Origin: a virus
Lineage: Duplodnaviria; Caudoviricetes
IMG/VR virus record: IMGVR_UViG_3300037313_000591
Coordinates: 1 to 57,794 of that record
Direction: 5' to 3' (one strand)
DNA: 57,794 bases
Shown here: positions 1 through 9,911 of the stretch, one piece after another
How positions within the stretch are numbered: the stretch's first letter is position 1
Layout of the letters: each line of letters starts with the position of its first letter
The notes under the pieces: model-generated
Databases searched by the model: none
Told to the model about the DNA's origin: nothing
Seen by the model: only the letters and a program-made list of their open reading frames with translations
Translations under genes and position numbers: made by a program

Positions 1-1007
1 CTTACCGCGGCTACGAGAAAGGGCTGGTGACTCCCGATCAGATGCGCGGCCAAGGCTGGAGCCTACGCACGCTCGCAGAATGCGCGGCAATTACCCCTGA
101 TGATTGGCCGACAAAGCAGCAGTACGTGTACTGGTACGAGAGCAACATGGCGTACTACAACGCCAAGTACACCGATGGCGCCGATAACCAGCTTGGCATC
201 GTCACCAACGGCTCGACGGTCGTCTACCCGACCAATGGCATTGGCAGCACCGGTATCGCACCCTGGCAAGACGATTTCTTCACTCAGGCTCTCGGGCATG
301 GCGTCGAGCTGCTTAGCTACGATTCGGTCAAGCGCCTCCTGAAGTGGAAGGCCAAGTTCCAGATCGGCCGGATGATCGGCGATGGCGTCTGCCAGATGGA
401 CGCTGCGGTGTATTCGCTCGGAGTGCGCTCTACTGCCACCTCGCCATATTTCGCGTCGCTGGCCGAGTGCTACAAGTTCACGCTGTCCGCCGACATGCAG
501 ACGTATGCGTGCAACTCGCCCGAGCGTATCGCAGCCGTGCTGAAAGAGCGCGGAGATACCATCAAGGCGGGAGATGTCGCAGGGTATGCAACCAGTACTG
601 AAGGCTATCCAGCAAACTATCAGCCAGCACTGGCAGCAGCTGTCGATTCTGGCTACGCGGACGGCCTGAAAGCCTGGGGTATGTTCGCAGCACGACCGAC
701 CAAACCAGATTACAGCGGTGGCGCACAGTTCGCCATTCTGCCGCGGCTGGTGACGGAAGCCGCAATTGCGCCGGCTCCGGCCCCAAGCCCAACGCCAGTA
801 CCTGCGCCGACTCCCATGCCCGCTCCAGCCCCAGTCCCTGTCGTAACCGTTCGCTACCAAGAGGCCAAGGCTGTCGATGTGATGGCAGCTTACGCCAAGA
901 GCCTGACCGTTCCGACCGGTGAGACGGTATCTGGCAGCGACTGGTTCTTTGACGCGACCAAGGGCGTTGTCGTCTTCAAGGTTACGACCACCAAGCCTGC
1001 CGCGTGA
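1..1007 (+). CDS. 3' part of a ~788-aa PcRGLX/YetA-like (putative polysaccharide lyase-like) protein that wraps round the window end; paralog of the central domain of tail protein 18008..23914
   Basis: The last base of the window (a) plus 'ct' gives ACT, in frame with TAC CGC GGC...GTG27. Motifs DQMRGQGWSLRTLAECAAITPDD, APWQDDFFTQ and EGYPANYQPAL match the tail protein. Pro-rich linker followed by a small C-terminal domain. Confidence 0.85.
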   Translation, partial: YRGYEKGLVTPDQMRGQGWSLRTLAECAAITPDDWPTKQQYVYWYESNMAYYNAKYTDGADNQLGIVTNGSTVVYPTNGIGSTGIAPWQDDFFTQALGHGVELLSYDSVKRLLKWKAKFQIGRMIGDGVCQMDAAVYSLGVRSTATSPYFASLAECYKFTLSADMQTYACNSPERIAAVLKERGDTIKAGDVAGYATSTEGYPANYQPALAAAVDSGYADGLKAWGMFAARPTKPDYSGGAQFAILPRLVTEAAIAPAPAPSPTPVPAPTPMPAPAPVPVVTVRYQEAKAVDVMAAYAKSLTVPTGETVSGSDWFFDATKGVVVFKVTTTKPAA

Positions 1008-1011
1008 GGAA

Positions 1012-1269
1012 ATGGGTCACATCGTTGACAAGTACAGGTCAGAAATCCTGTTAGCCGTCTTTGGCGAACTGTGGCATGAGGGGAAAGTAACTGACCTTCA
1101 TCGGCTCAATCAGTACGCCGAGCGCCTGGCCGAGTGCGAGCGTGCACATGAAATCTTGCTCGCGCTCGGTTACGGCAAAAGCTGGGACAGCATCGTAGAG
1201 TTGGCGGCGTCGGTGCCGCACTCCACAACCATGCTAATCCGGCCAAGCAAGAAGGTGCAGCGTGGCTAA
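1012..1269 (+). CDS. hypothetical protein (85 aa)
   Basis: ATG at 1012 after GAGGA, in the frame of ORF 919..1269. Confidence 0.6.
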   Translation: MGHIVDKYRSEILLAVFGELWHEGKVTDLHRLNQYAERLAECERAHEILLALGYGKSWDSIVELAASVPHSTTMLIRPSKKVQRG

Positions 1270-1423
1270 ACTCACAATCTCCTTTCGTGTTCGCACGGCG
1301 TGGTGGCTAAGGCCATACATATTTGGCGTCCGGTGCATGTGCATGATCACCGGAATGGATCCGGACATGGAGAAGGTGATGCGTACGGTTCGCCGCGCGA
1401 TTCGCTTTGAGGTCGCCAAGTAG
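1262..1423 (+). CDS. small hypothetical protein MAKLTISFRVRTAWWLRPYIFGV... (53 aa, not in the ORF track)
   Basis: GTG at 1262 after AGAAGG, overlapping the upstream stop; own translation ends TAG 1423. Confidence 0.55.
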   Translation: MAKLTISFRVRTAWWLRPYIFGVRCMCMITGMDPDMEKVMRTVRRAIRFEVAK

Positions 1424-1533
1424 TCGCACGACGACCCGCTTGGCCAGCTGGCACGAAGCCGTCCGAGGACAGGGCTGCGCTGGAAGAGACATTTGATATC
1501 TGGTCCATCGCGGTGACCTAAACAGAAAACAAT

Positions 1534-2001
1534 ATGGCCGACAAGCTCACCCCGAAGCAGGAGGCGTTCTGTCTTGCTTATGTGGAGACCGGGAACGCCA
1601 GCGAAGCATACCGGCGCGCGTACTCCGCCGAACGAATGAAGCCCGACGTGATCGCTGTCAAAGCGAGCGAATTACTCAAGAACGGTAAGGTCACGGTAAG
1701 GGTGCAAGAACTGCAGGGCGATATCCAGAAGCGCCACGAGATCACGGTTGATGACCTGATCGCGGAGCTCGAGGAGGCGAGGGTGGCAGCATTCTCCGCG
1801 CAGACCCCGCAAACATCTGCCGCGGTAGCCGCCACGATGGGCAAGGCAAAACTGCTTGGCTTCTTGAAGGAAAAGACGGAGATCAGCGGCCCGAACGGTG
1901 GCCCGATCCAAACAGAATCACGAAAACTCCAGGATCTAACCGACGATGAACTCCTCGCCCTTGCAACAGGCCGCGGCGAAGGAGCTTCTAATCCGGCGTA
2001 G
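1534..2001 (+). CDS. terS: terminase small subunit
   Basis: N-terminal LTPKQEAFCLAYVETGNASEAYRRAY HTH, EISGPNGGPI motif, directly upstream of terL. Confidence 0.93.
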   Translation: MADKLTPKQEAFCLAYVETGNASEAYRRAYSAERMKPDVIAVKASELLKNGKVTVRVQELQGDIQKRHEITVDDLIAELEEARVAAFSAQTPQTSAAVAATMGKAKLLGFLKEKTEISGPNGGPIQTESRKLQDLTDDELLALATGRGEGASNPA

Positions 2002-3427
2002 GGCGCGTCACAGCATTCTTCATTTCGTCAACGCGATCGACGTTCCCGGTCGCCCGATCGGTAACGACCCAGACAGTGAGATTTTTGAGCCGGTCGAGAC
2101 GACGATCGCGCACCACCATCGCCTCCTTCTGGAAAAGCTCGATGAAGTAAGCAAGACGCCGCACGGCCGCATGATGATCTTCATGCCGCCAGGTAGTGCG
2201 AAGTCGACGTATGCTTCGGTCGTATTTCCGTCCAAGTATTTGGGCGAGAAGGGTGGCCGGAAGTTGATCCTGGCGAGCTATGGCGACGACCTTGCACGCA
2301 AGATGGGCCGCCGAACACGCTCGATTGTCCGTCAGTCTCGATACAAGGGCGTCTTTAACGCGCAGCTGGCCAACGAATCGCAGGCCGCGCAGGAATTCGC
2401 GCTGACCAACGGTAGCGAGTACATGGCGTGCGGCATCCTGTCGGGCATCACCGGCAACCGTGCCAACGGCATCATCATCGACGACCCGATCAAGGGCCGC
2501 GAGCAAGCGAACTCCGAGACCGTCCGCGCCAAGACGTGGGACGCCTACGAGGACGACCTGAAAACCCGCCTTATCCCGGGCGGCTGGATCGTGCTGATTC
2601 AGACCCGGTGGCACGAGGATGATATCGCCGGGCGCATCCTACCTTCAGACTGGAAAGGTGAGAGCGGTCGAATCCTGTGTAAAGACGGTAACGAATGGGA
2701 AGTACTCTGTCTGCAGGCACGCTGCGAGGTCGAAAACGATCCGCTAGGCCGCAAGCAAGGCGAGTACCTCTGGCCTGAATGGTTCGACCGCAAGCATTGG
2801 GCGCAGTTCGAGCAGAACGCGCGAACCTGGGCCGCGCTATATCAACAGCGGCCGACGCCGCTTGATGGCGACTTGTTCAAGCCGGACCAGATCAGCGTGA
2901 TCGACGCACTGCCAGAGGCGCAAATCCAGTGGGTGCGCGGCTGGGACTTGGCAAGCACGACCGATGGCGACTATACCGCCGGCGTGAAGCTCGGCCGACT
3001 ACCGGATAACCGCTTCGTCATCGCTGACGTCGTGAGGCTGCGTGTTGGACCCGAACGGCGAGACGCGGCACTCGTAAATACTGCGGCGCTCGACGGCAAG
3101 AAGACGAAGCAGAGCATCCCGCAAGACCCGGGGCAGGCCGGCAAGACGCAGGTTCTGTACCTCACGCGCTCGCTAGCTGGCTACAACGTCGTTACCTCGC
3201 CAGAGACCGGTGACAAGGTGACACGCGCCGAGCCGGTCGCAGCCCAGGTCAACGTCGGCAATGTGTCGATGCTGCGCGGCGATTGGAATGCAGCGCTTAT
3301 CAATGAGCTGCGAGTTTTCCCGAACGGGACGAATGACGACCAGGTGGATGCGCTGTCGCGGGCATTTGGTGAGCTGCTCGTACCAAAGCATGCAATGAGT
3401 CTGAACCTGAGAAGCGCAACCAACTGA
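1946..3427 (+). CDS. terL: terminase large subunit
   Basis: Walker A-like MPPGSAKS, Walker B IIIDDP, QTRWHEDD, nuclease motifs GWDLA and DDQVDA. Confidence 0.95.
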   Translation: MNSSPLQQAAAKELLIRRRARHSILHFVNAIDVPGRPIGNDPDSEIFEPVETTIAHHHRLLLEKLDEVSKTPHGRMMIFMPPGSAKSTYASVVFPSKYLGEKGGRKLILASYGDDLARKMGRRTRSIVRQSRYKGVFNAQLANESQAAQEFALTNGSEYMACGILSGITGNRANGIIIDDPIKGREQANSETVRAKTWDAYEDDLKTRLIPGGWIVLIQTRWHEDDIAGRILPSDWKGESGRILCKDGNEWEVLCLQARCEVENDPLGRKQGEYLWPEWFDRKHWAQFEQNARTWAALYQQRPTPLDGDLFKPDQISVIDALPEAQIQWVRGWDLASTTDGDYTAGVKLGRLPDNRFVIADVVRLRVGPERRDAALVNTAALDGKKTKQSIPQDPGQAGKTQVLYLTRSLAGYNVVTSPETGDKVTRAEPVAAQVNVGNVSMLRGDWNAALINELRVFPNGTNDDQVDALSRAFGELLVPKHAMSLNLRSATN

Positions 3428-3435
3428 CCGAATCC

Positions 3436-4857
3436 ATGGCCGATAACGACATCACTTACAACCGCATTCCGGCAGAAGTGCTAGAGCGGTGGAAAGTCGT
3501 GCGCGATGTGTGCTCGGGCGACCAGGCGCTGCGCAAGGGCGACTACCTGCCGTACCTGAACAAGACCGACACGTCGGAAGAGAACGTCGAGCGCAACCGC
3601 GCCTACCGCGAGCGTGCCGTGCTGTACGCCGCAACCGGCTTTACGTTGGCAGGCTTGATCGGCCTCGCGTTCCGACACCAGCCAAAGCACAACCTGCCGG
3701 AGAAGCTGAAGTATCTCCTGAAGGACGCGGACGGTGCCGGCATCAGCATTTACCAGCAGGCGCAAGCGACGCTGGCGAACGTGCTCGGTCCGGGGCGGCA
3801 TGGCCTGTACACGGACTTCAGCAGCACGCTCAACCGCCCGATCATCAAGCCGTACTTGGCCGAAGACATCATCAACTGGCGTCCTACCGTCATCGGCGGC
3901 AAAACAGTCCTGTCGATGGTTGTCCTGCATGAAGACGCGCAGGAAGTCGACAAATACGCTACCCGAACAGAAAGCCAATGGCGCGAGCTGTTCCTGAATG
4001 AGCAAGGCCATTGCGCCTGCCGACTGTGGCGGTTGAAGGATGGGGTGCCCGAGATCGTCCAAGTCGAAGATGCGGACGGCAAGATGGTCGATGAGCTGGT
4101 CTTGCGCTCGGTCGGCGCTCCGCTCGACTACATCCCATTCGAGTTCGCTGGCAGCGAGAACAACGACCCGTCAATCGATCCAAGTCCGCTGTATGGGCTG
4201 GCAAAGGTCAACCTGGCGCACTTCCGCAATTCCGCAGACTACGAAGACGCCGCCTTCATGCACGGCCAGTCGCAGTTTTGGATCTCAGGTCTGACGGAGG
4301 AATGGCGCGACCACCTCGAGAAGCAGGGTATGTACATCGGCGCACGCAAGCCGATGCTGCTGCCGGAGAAGGGCGCATGCGGTTTCGCCCAAGCGCAACC
4401 TAACATGGTCGCCAAAGAGGCAATGGAGCACAAAGAGGCGCAGATGGTCGCACTCGGAGCCCGTCTGATTGACCGAACCGCTGCAGTAAAGACGGCAACG
4501 CAGTCCGAAGGCGAGCGCGAGGCTTCGACCTCTATCCTGGCGCTGTGCGTATCGAACGTGAGCGAGGCATACCAGCGCTCGATCCGTTCCTGCGCCCGCT
4601 ATCTCGACATTACCTTGCCAGAAGGCGAAGACCTCTTCGAGATCAACCAGGATTTCACGACCGTATCGAACGATCCGATGACGATTTCCGCACTGGTCGG
4701 TGCATGGCAGCAAGGTCTGATGGCGAAAGAGGACGTACGCAGCTACTTCCGGCGCCAGGGAACGATCGATCCCGAGCGCACTGACGAGCAGATCGACGCC
4801 GATCTGAAGAAGTCGCCACCACCAACACTGGCCGCGCCGGCAAAGCCAGCGGCATAA
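3436..4857 (+). CDS. portal protein (DUF4055-like)
   Basis: 473 aa directly after terL; AHFRNSADYE and MVALGARL motifs. Confidence 0.88.
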   Translation: MADNDITYNRIPAEVLERWKVVRDVCSGDQALRKGDYLPYLNKTDTSEENVERNRAYRERAVLYAATGFTLAGLIGLAFRHQPKHNLPEKLKYLLKDADGAGISIYQQAQATLANVLGPGRHGLYTDFSSTLNRPIIKPYLAEDIINWRPTVIGGKTVLSMVVLHEDAQEVDKYATRTESQWRELFLNEQGHCACRLWRLKDGVPEIVQVEDADGKMVDELVLRSVGAPLDYIPFEFAGSENNDPSIDPSPLYGLAKVNLAHFRNSADYEDAAFMHGQSQFWISGLTEEWRDHLEKQGMYIGARKPMLLPEKGACGFAQAQPNMVAKEAMEHKEAQMVALGARLIDRTAAVKTATQSEGEREASTSILALCVSNVSEAYQRSIRSCARYLDITLPEGEDLFEINQDFTTVSNDPMTISALVGAWQQGLMAKEDVRSYFRRQGTIDPERTDEQIDADLKKSPPPTLAAPAKPAA

Positions 4858-4930
4858 CGATTCTCCCCTCGATAGTCGAGGGTTTCAATCGGCACCAGGT
4901 GCCAGTCAATAACCATCCCAAGGGGATAAC

Positions 4931-5701
4931 ATGTTTCGTCCTTACCTTTTCGGCAAAAAATATCGCACTGAAGCTGACGGCAACGGCGATGGCGGCGGTG
5001 GTCAGCAGATCACTCCGGAAGTGCAAGCCATCATCGATGCCAAGGTCAACGATGCTGTTACTGGGCTTAAGGCCAAGAACAGCGAACTGATCGGCAAGCT
5101 GAAAGACGCGTCGACCAACCTGCAACGCTTCGACGGCATCGATCCCGACGCCGTGCGCACCATCCTGGCGAAGTTCGCCGATGACGAAGAGGCTGGCCTG
5201 ATCAAGTCGGGCAAGATCGACGAGGTGCTCAACAAGCGTACCGAGCGCATGCAGGCCGAGAACGCGAAAGCCCTGAAAGCCGAGCAGGAAAAGTACGAGC
5301 GCGCCGAATCGAAAGCTTCGAAGCTGGCCGCACGCACCCTGTCTGCCGCGATCAAGGACGCCGGCATCAAGTCCGGCGCCTATCCGGAAGCACTCGACGA
5401 CATCGTTCTGCGCGGTCAGAACCTCTGGCGCCTGAACGACGACGGCGAGCCAGTCGCGATGAATGGCGATGAAGTCGTGCTCGGCAAAGACGGCAAAACT
5501 CCGCTCACTCCGCTGGAATGGGCTGAATCCCTGCGGGAATCCGCGCCGCATCTGTGGCCCAAGGCCCAGGGCAGCAACGCACCCGGCAGCAACAGCGACA
5601 AAGGCGCACCGAAGAAGGGCAAGGCCCCGGAGCGCAAGGACTTCGTTGACGACATCTCCTATACGAAGGCGGCAGCACGCTATCACGCGGCAGCCGACTA
5701 A
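4931..5701 (+). CDS. capsid scaffolding protein
   Basis: Charged coiled-coil protein between portal and capsid; GLKAKNSEL, APHLWP motifs. Confidence 0.8.
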   Translation: MFRPYLFGKKYRTEADGNGDGGGGQQITPEVQAIIDAKVNDAVTGLKAKNSELIGKLKDASTNLQRFDGIDPDAVRTILAKFADDEEAGLIKSGKIDEVLNKRTERMQAENAKALKAEQEKYERAESKASKLAARTLSAAIKDAGIKSGAYPEALDDIVLRGQNLWRLNDDGEPVAMNGDEVVLGKDGKTPLTPLEWAESLRESAPHLWPKAQGSNAPGSNSDKGAPKKGKAPERKDFVDDISYTKAAARYHAAAD

Positions 5702-5744
5702 CCAATTACTGCCCTTGATAGGGCAACTCTGAAAGGTCAGCAAC

Positions 5745-6746
5745 ATGGCTATCGGCAAAGCAAGCGATTTCAAGATTTACAACGACCAGTTCTTCGGTGG
5801 TCTGGTCGAAACCATGACCCAGGACACCAAGGCGCTGGGCAGCGTCGGCATTCGCGTCAGCGGCCGTGCGATCAAGGGTGACTTCGAGCTGCAAAGCTTC
5901 ATGAAGAAGATCAGCGGCATCATCACCCGCCGCGATACCACCGTGGTGACCGCTGCGACCGACCTGTCGATCGGCATGGACGAGAACATCAGCGTCAAGC
6001 TGAACCGCAAGATCGGCCCGATCGCGCAGACCCTGGACGCCTGGAAGAAGGCTGCACTGCCGTTCCAGACCGATTTCGACGTCGATGGCGCACAGGGCTT
6101 CTCGCGCTATCTGGGCTCGATGATCGCCAAGGACATCGAAGGCGATATGCTGAACACCGCGCTGCTGGCTGGTCGCACCTTCCTGGAAGGCGCCGCAGGC
6201 GGTTCGAACCTGTACACCATCGCCTCGAATGGCACCATGACCACCGCTGCTCTGATCGCCACGCTGGCGAAGATGGGCGACGCATCGAGCCGCGTCAAGG
6301 CATGGGTCATGCACTCGAAGGTCTACTTCGACCTTATCCAGTACCAGGTCGCAGCTGCGAACAACGGTTCGGACGCCGCCTACGGCGTGATCCAGGCCGC
6401 GATGCCGCTGACCCTGAACCGTCCGGTCTACGTCACCGACTCGCCGTCGCTGGTCGTCGCCGGCACGCCGGATCTGTACCGCACCATCGGCCTGGTCGAC
6501 AATGGTATCGACATGATCAACAGCGAAGAGCAGACCGTCGTTCTGGATACCGTGACCGGCCTCGAGAACCTGGTCTCTCGCATGCAGGGTGAGTTCGCCT
6601 ATAACCTGGCGATCAAGGGCGCCAAGTGGGATACCACCAGCGGCGGCGCGAACCCGAACCAGACCGCGATCGGCACCTTCGCCAACTGGGACCAGGCCGC
6701 GACGTCGAGCAAGGACTTCGCCGGCTGCGTCTGCATCTCGGGCTAA
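5745..6746 (+). CDS. major capsid protein
   Basis: 333 aa, strong codon bias, WVMHSKVYFDL, LNRPVYVTD, WDTTSGGANP motifs; position. Confidence 0.9.
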   Translation: MAIGKASDFKIYNDQFFGGLVETMTQDTKALGSVGIRVSGRAIKGDFELQSFMKKISGIITRRDTTVVTAATDLSIGMDENISVKLNRKIGPIAQTLDAWKKAALPFQTDFDVDGAQGFSRYLGSMIAKDIEGDMLNTALLAGRTFLEGAAGGSNLYTIASNGTMTTAALIATLAKMGDASSRVKAWVMHSKVYFDLIQYQVAAANNGSDAAYGVIQAAMPLTLNRPVYVTDSPSLVVAGTPDLYRTIGLVDNGIDMINSEEQTVVLDTVTGLENLVSRMQGEFAYNLAIKGAKWDTTSGGANPNQTAIGTFANWDQAATSSKDFAGCVCISG

Positions 6747-6803
6747 CCGCCCGTCACCATGCCGGCCTGCGGCGATCCTGCGGGCCGGCAGTCAAGGACA
6801 ACT

Positions 6804-7109
6804 ATGCGGAAAAACATTGGCATCTACGCGTCGAATGATTGGCCTGACGCGAAAGTGTTCGCTGATCAGTTGCGAGCCGAAGGTCCGTGCACCGTCCGGA
6901 TCCGCGACGGGAGGCTGTTCACCCCGGATCAGCGCGAAAACTTCGACATCGTGTTCGTCAAGGGAGATTTTCCGGCTGTGATGGATGCATATCCGGATGT
7001 GAGACGGATCGACGAGCCTTCCGACGTTGAGGCGAACGAGCCGGAGAGCGCACCGACCAGGTCGAAGCGCGGAGCCAGAACCAAAGACGCCGCAGCAGAC
7101 ACTGAATAA
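6804..7109 (+). CDS. hypothetical head-associated protein
   Basis: ATG 6804 after AAGGA; lies directly after the capsid gene. Confidence 0.6.
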   Translation: MRKNIGIYASNDWPDAKVFADQLRAEGPCTVRIRDGRLFTPDQRENFDIVFVKGDFPAVMDAYPDVRRIDEPSDVEANEPESAPTRSKRGARTKDAAADTE

Positions 7110-7118
7110 GGCAACACC

Positions 7119-7511
7119 ATGCTCACCGACGCACAAAAGGTCGACTGCCGCCGCTGGATGGGCTACCCGACGCTGAATGCAGGGTATCCGGACACCATCT
7201 ACACGGTGGCGTGGGATCGCTCGCAATTTCCCGTGTCGATCACGGAAAAGCTCGCGAACCTGACCGACGGCGAAGAAAGGGTGCTCATCGAGAAGTTCCT
7301 GGACCCGCTGGCAAGTTTGGAGCAGGGCATCCTGGCTGTGGCCGATAACCTCGATACCGATGCCGCAGCCGTCTGGAAGCGCAACACCAACGAGCAGGCA
7401 GACCGCGAGCGTCTGTTCGACTCGGTGCGCCGCCGGATGTGCGCGTTCCTTGGCTTTAAGCCAGGACCGGAGCTGGGCGGCGGTAACGGCATTTCGCTGG
7501 TGCGAGCATGA
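7119..7511 (+). CDS. head-tail adaptor/connector (putative)
   Basis: MLTDAQKVDCRRWMGYP... DNLDTDAAAVW; position and size. Confidence 0.65.
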   Translation: MLTDAQKVDCRRWMGYPTLNAGYPDTIYTVAWDRSQFPVSITEKLANLTDGEERVLIEKFLDPLASLEQGILAVADNLDTDAAAVWKRNTNEQADRERLFDSVRRRMCAFLGFKPGPELGGGNGISLVRA

Positions 7512-7948
7512 CTGTCATCGCATGGGACGGCCGCACGATGGCCGCAGACAAGCGGATGGACTGCAATGGCTATCCTGCGACAGTCACCAAGATCTATCGC
7601 ATGCCGGACGGCGCCCTGCTTGGCGGCTCCGGCGACTCGGACGTCATCAGTGCTTTGCGTCATTGGTATCAGGACGGCTGCAACCCATCTGCCTACCCCG
7701 ACAACCGGGCGGAGCAGGGCTGTTATGCCACCTTGATGGTAGTGACTGCGGCCGGAGAAGTCCGGCTGTTTCTATCTAGCCCGATACCTATCCAGATGCA
7801 CAACAAGAAGTTCGCCATCGGCTCCGGCGCAGACTTTGCGATGGCGGCAATGTACCTCGGGTACAGCGCACGCAAGGCGGTGGAAGTAGCCTGCGCACTA
7901 GATACCGGCTGCGGCAACGGAATCGACACACTGAGACTCGAACCATGA
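7508..7948 (+). CDS. HslV/proteasome-beta-like Ntn hydrolase
   Basis: Thr directly after Met (M-TVIAWDG..AAD), AIGSGADFAMAAM, AVEVACALD. Confidence 0.7.
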   Translation: MTVIAWDGRTMAADKRMDCNGYPATVTKIYRMPDGALLGGSGDSDVISALRHWYQDGCNPSAYPDNRAEQGCYATLMVVTAAGEVRLFLSSPIPIQMHNKKFAIGSGADFAMAAMYLGYSARKAVEVACALDTGCGNGIDTLRLEP

Positions 7949-8559
7949 TGACCGGCAACCGCCTGCAAGACCTGCTCTATGCCGGCTACGCCAAGCTCGC
8001 GGCAAAGGCCGGCTTCATGTACGACGTCTACCGCTTCGACGAGCCAATTGCCGTAACGGACGATCTCTACAAGATCGCGCGCATTCCGGTTGCACTCGCC
8101 GCCGAGAAGAAGTTTGCGATCCCGAACAAGTATCAAACGCCGACCTGGTACTGCTACGCAGATGGACGTTTGCTGAGGCCACGCGACATCCTGATCGGCC
8201 CCGCCGGCACGTTCTACATCGGAGACATGCAGCCGAATCTGCCTATCCAGGCGGTATCGACAAACCATGTGATCTCCATCGGCCGCGGTTCCTACGATGG
8301 CGGCGACCAGACCGTCGAGTTCTACGCCACCGGCATCCCGGTCTTCATGCAGTTCAAGCGCGAAGACATCAAGCGCTCCGAATTTGCCGCGACGATGGGG
8401 CAGGCGATCACGCACTGGACCACGTTCATCCCGCTGCCCGAAGGGATGTTGAAGCAGGATGACGTTGTGCAGGACGAAGAAGGTATCCGGTACATCATAG
8501 ACGCACCGGACTTCACCAGTTTGGGCTACGTCGCTCACTTGAGGCTGATTACGATATGA
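7945..8559 (+). CDS. head-closure/neck protein (putative)
   Basis: Position in the neck module; GYAKLA and QPNLPIQAV motifs. Confidence 0.55.
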   Translation: MMTGNRLQDLLYAGYAKLAAKAGFMYDVYRFDEPIAVTDDLYKIARIPVALAAEKKFAIPNKYQTPTWYCYADGRLLRPRDILIGPAGTFYIGDMQPNLPIQAVSTNHVISIGRGSYDGGDQTVEFYATGIPVFMQFKREDIKRSEFAATMGQAITHWTTFIPLPEGMLKQDDVVQDEEGIRYIIDAPDFTSLGYVAHLRLITI

Positions 8560-8798
8560 CGATGTACTGCGATCACGTTGTTGGCGTCTGGGCTGCCGAC
8601 GACAACAACTTCCTGCGCGCCTCGGAGCTGAGCGAAGCTCTCGCAATCGCTCGTCGAATCTTCGATGAGTGGGCAGAAAACCCGAGGGCGCTTCCCTCTA
8701 TCGTTGCTGAAGGCCGCGCGATGACCGACCAGCAGCTTCTTGAGAGGCGCGCGAGCATGTTCTCATTTTGTCCGGACTGCGGAGCCCGACTCAAATGA
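8556..8798 (+). CDS. hypothetical protein with a CPDC motif
   Basis: ATGA overlaps on both sides. Confidence 0.55.
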   Translation: MTMYCDHVVGVWAADDNNFLRASELSEALAIARRIFDEWAENPRALPSIVAEGRAMTDQQLLERRASMFSFCPDCGARLK

Positions 8799-9217
8799 TG
8801 ACCATCGATCTGGGCCAGGCGCTCGCCGGCCTGAACCGGCTTGCCATGCTCAACATGTCGCCGTGGATGCAGTCGGTGGGCCAGAAGGCGCAGCAAGAGG
8901 TTCAGGCACGCATCCAGCAGTCGAAGCACGACCCGGAAAACCAGCCGTGGTCGCCGTGGCAGCCACGCACCGAGAAGCACCGCATCCGCAAAGGGAACGC
9001 GGGGCAGGGCCTGCTGTGGGACGAAGGCACGCTTTTGAACTCCATCAAATTTCAGGCTGACGGCCACGGCGTGACGGTTGGAACAGAAATCAGCTATGCG
9101 GGCTATCTGCAGGACGGGACCGAGCGTATGGCGGCCCGTCCTTTCCTTGGCTGGTCAGACGCCGAAACATCGGTAATGGAGTTCAGCGCGATCCAGTTCA
9201 TCGAGGCGCTGCTGTGA
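8795..9217 (+). CDS. virion morphogenesis/tail completion protein (Mu gpG-like)
   Basis: DPENQPW, LWDEGTLLNSI, YAGYLQDGT..M.ARPFLG motifs. Confidence 0.8.
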   Translation: MMTIDLGQALAGLNRLAMLNMSPWMQSVGQKAQQEVQARIQQSKHDPENQPWSPWQPRTEKHRIRKGNAGQGLLWDEGTLLNSIKFQADGHGVTVGTEISYAGYLQDGTERMAARPFLGWSDAETSVMEFSAIQFIEALL

Positions 9218-9417
9218 AGACGGTGCGTCTCTATCAAAACCATGACCAGCACATCGACGGCAAGGTGATCCGCCATTTGGCGGGATCGACCGTCGACCTG
9301 CCCGATGACGAAGCCGATTTCGTGATCCGCGCCACGCTCGGTGTGCGCGCGAAGCTTCTGGAGATGGCCGAAAACACACCCGGCACGCCGGAAAGGATGC
9401 GCAAGAATGATCGCTGA
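9214..9417 (+). CDS. small hypothetical protein
   Basis: GTGA coupling to the upstream gene; AGSTVDLPDDEA. Confidence 0.55.
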   Translation: MKTVRLYQNHDQHIDGKVIRHLAGSTVDLPDDEADFVIRATLGVRAKLLEMAENTPGTPERMRKNDR

Positions 9418-9856
9418 GAACGCCGAAGATTTGGTGGCGCGGGTGACTTCCGTGCCGGCGCTGGCGACATCTGCCGGCCTGGCGCTCGGTGGGCGTGGCG
9501 CTGACCCTGCGCTGACCAAGATTCCCCTTCCGGCAGCCTGGATCATGTTCGGCAAGGACCAAGTCAACGAGCCGCCATACGGCACGTCGCAAAGCGGCGG
9601 TTTTGGCGGGATGGTTCCGCAAATCGAGAACATCCAGCAGGTGTTTAGCGTCGTGATTTACGTCCCGTACATCAGCCAGGACGACCTGCTGACGACGCAG
9701 TACCCGTTACTGGAGTCGGTGATCGCTGCGGTGCGCGGCAACGGACGGCCCGCACCATCAGGGCACCGATGGCGATACATCGGCCAGAAGCTCGCAATGG
9801 TCTATCCAGACCGCCTCGCCTACGAACAGCATTACACCATCGACGCAGTCATGTAG
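9407..9856 (+). CDS. tail terminator protein (putative)
   Basis: ATG 9407; LPAAWIMF motif; position before the tail genes. Confidence 0.6.
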   Translation: MIAENAEDLVARVTSVPALATSAGLALGGRGADPALTKIPLPAAWIMFGKDQVNEPPYGTSQSGGFGGMVPQIENIQQVFSVVIYVPYISQDDLLTTQYPLLESVIAAVRGNGRPAPSGHRWRYIGQKLAMVYPDRLAYEQHYTIDAVM

Positions 9857-9911
9857 CAGCATCCCGCCCGCGATGAGCGGGTTTCTCTACCCACGAAGAT
9901 AAGGAATATCT

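Noticed and set aside
770-845. Pro/Ala and Gly-rich tandem-like DNA repeats (also 20755-20840)
   Set aside because: Explained as low-complexity protein linkers
4655-5773. Long antisense ORFs (also 7723..8646, 18509..19462, 39561..40529, 53777..54682 and others)
   Set aside because: They overlap well-supported genes; typical of GC-rich DNA; no recognisable motifs
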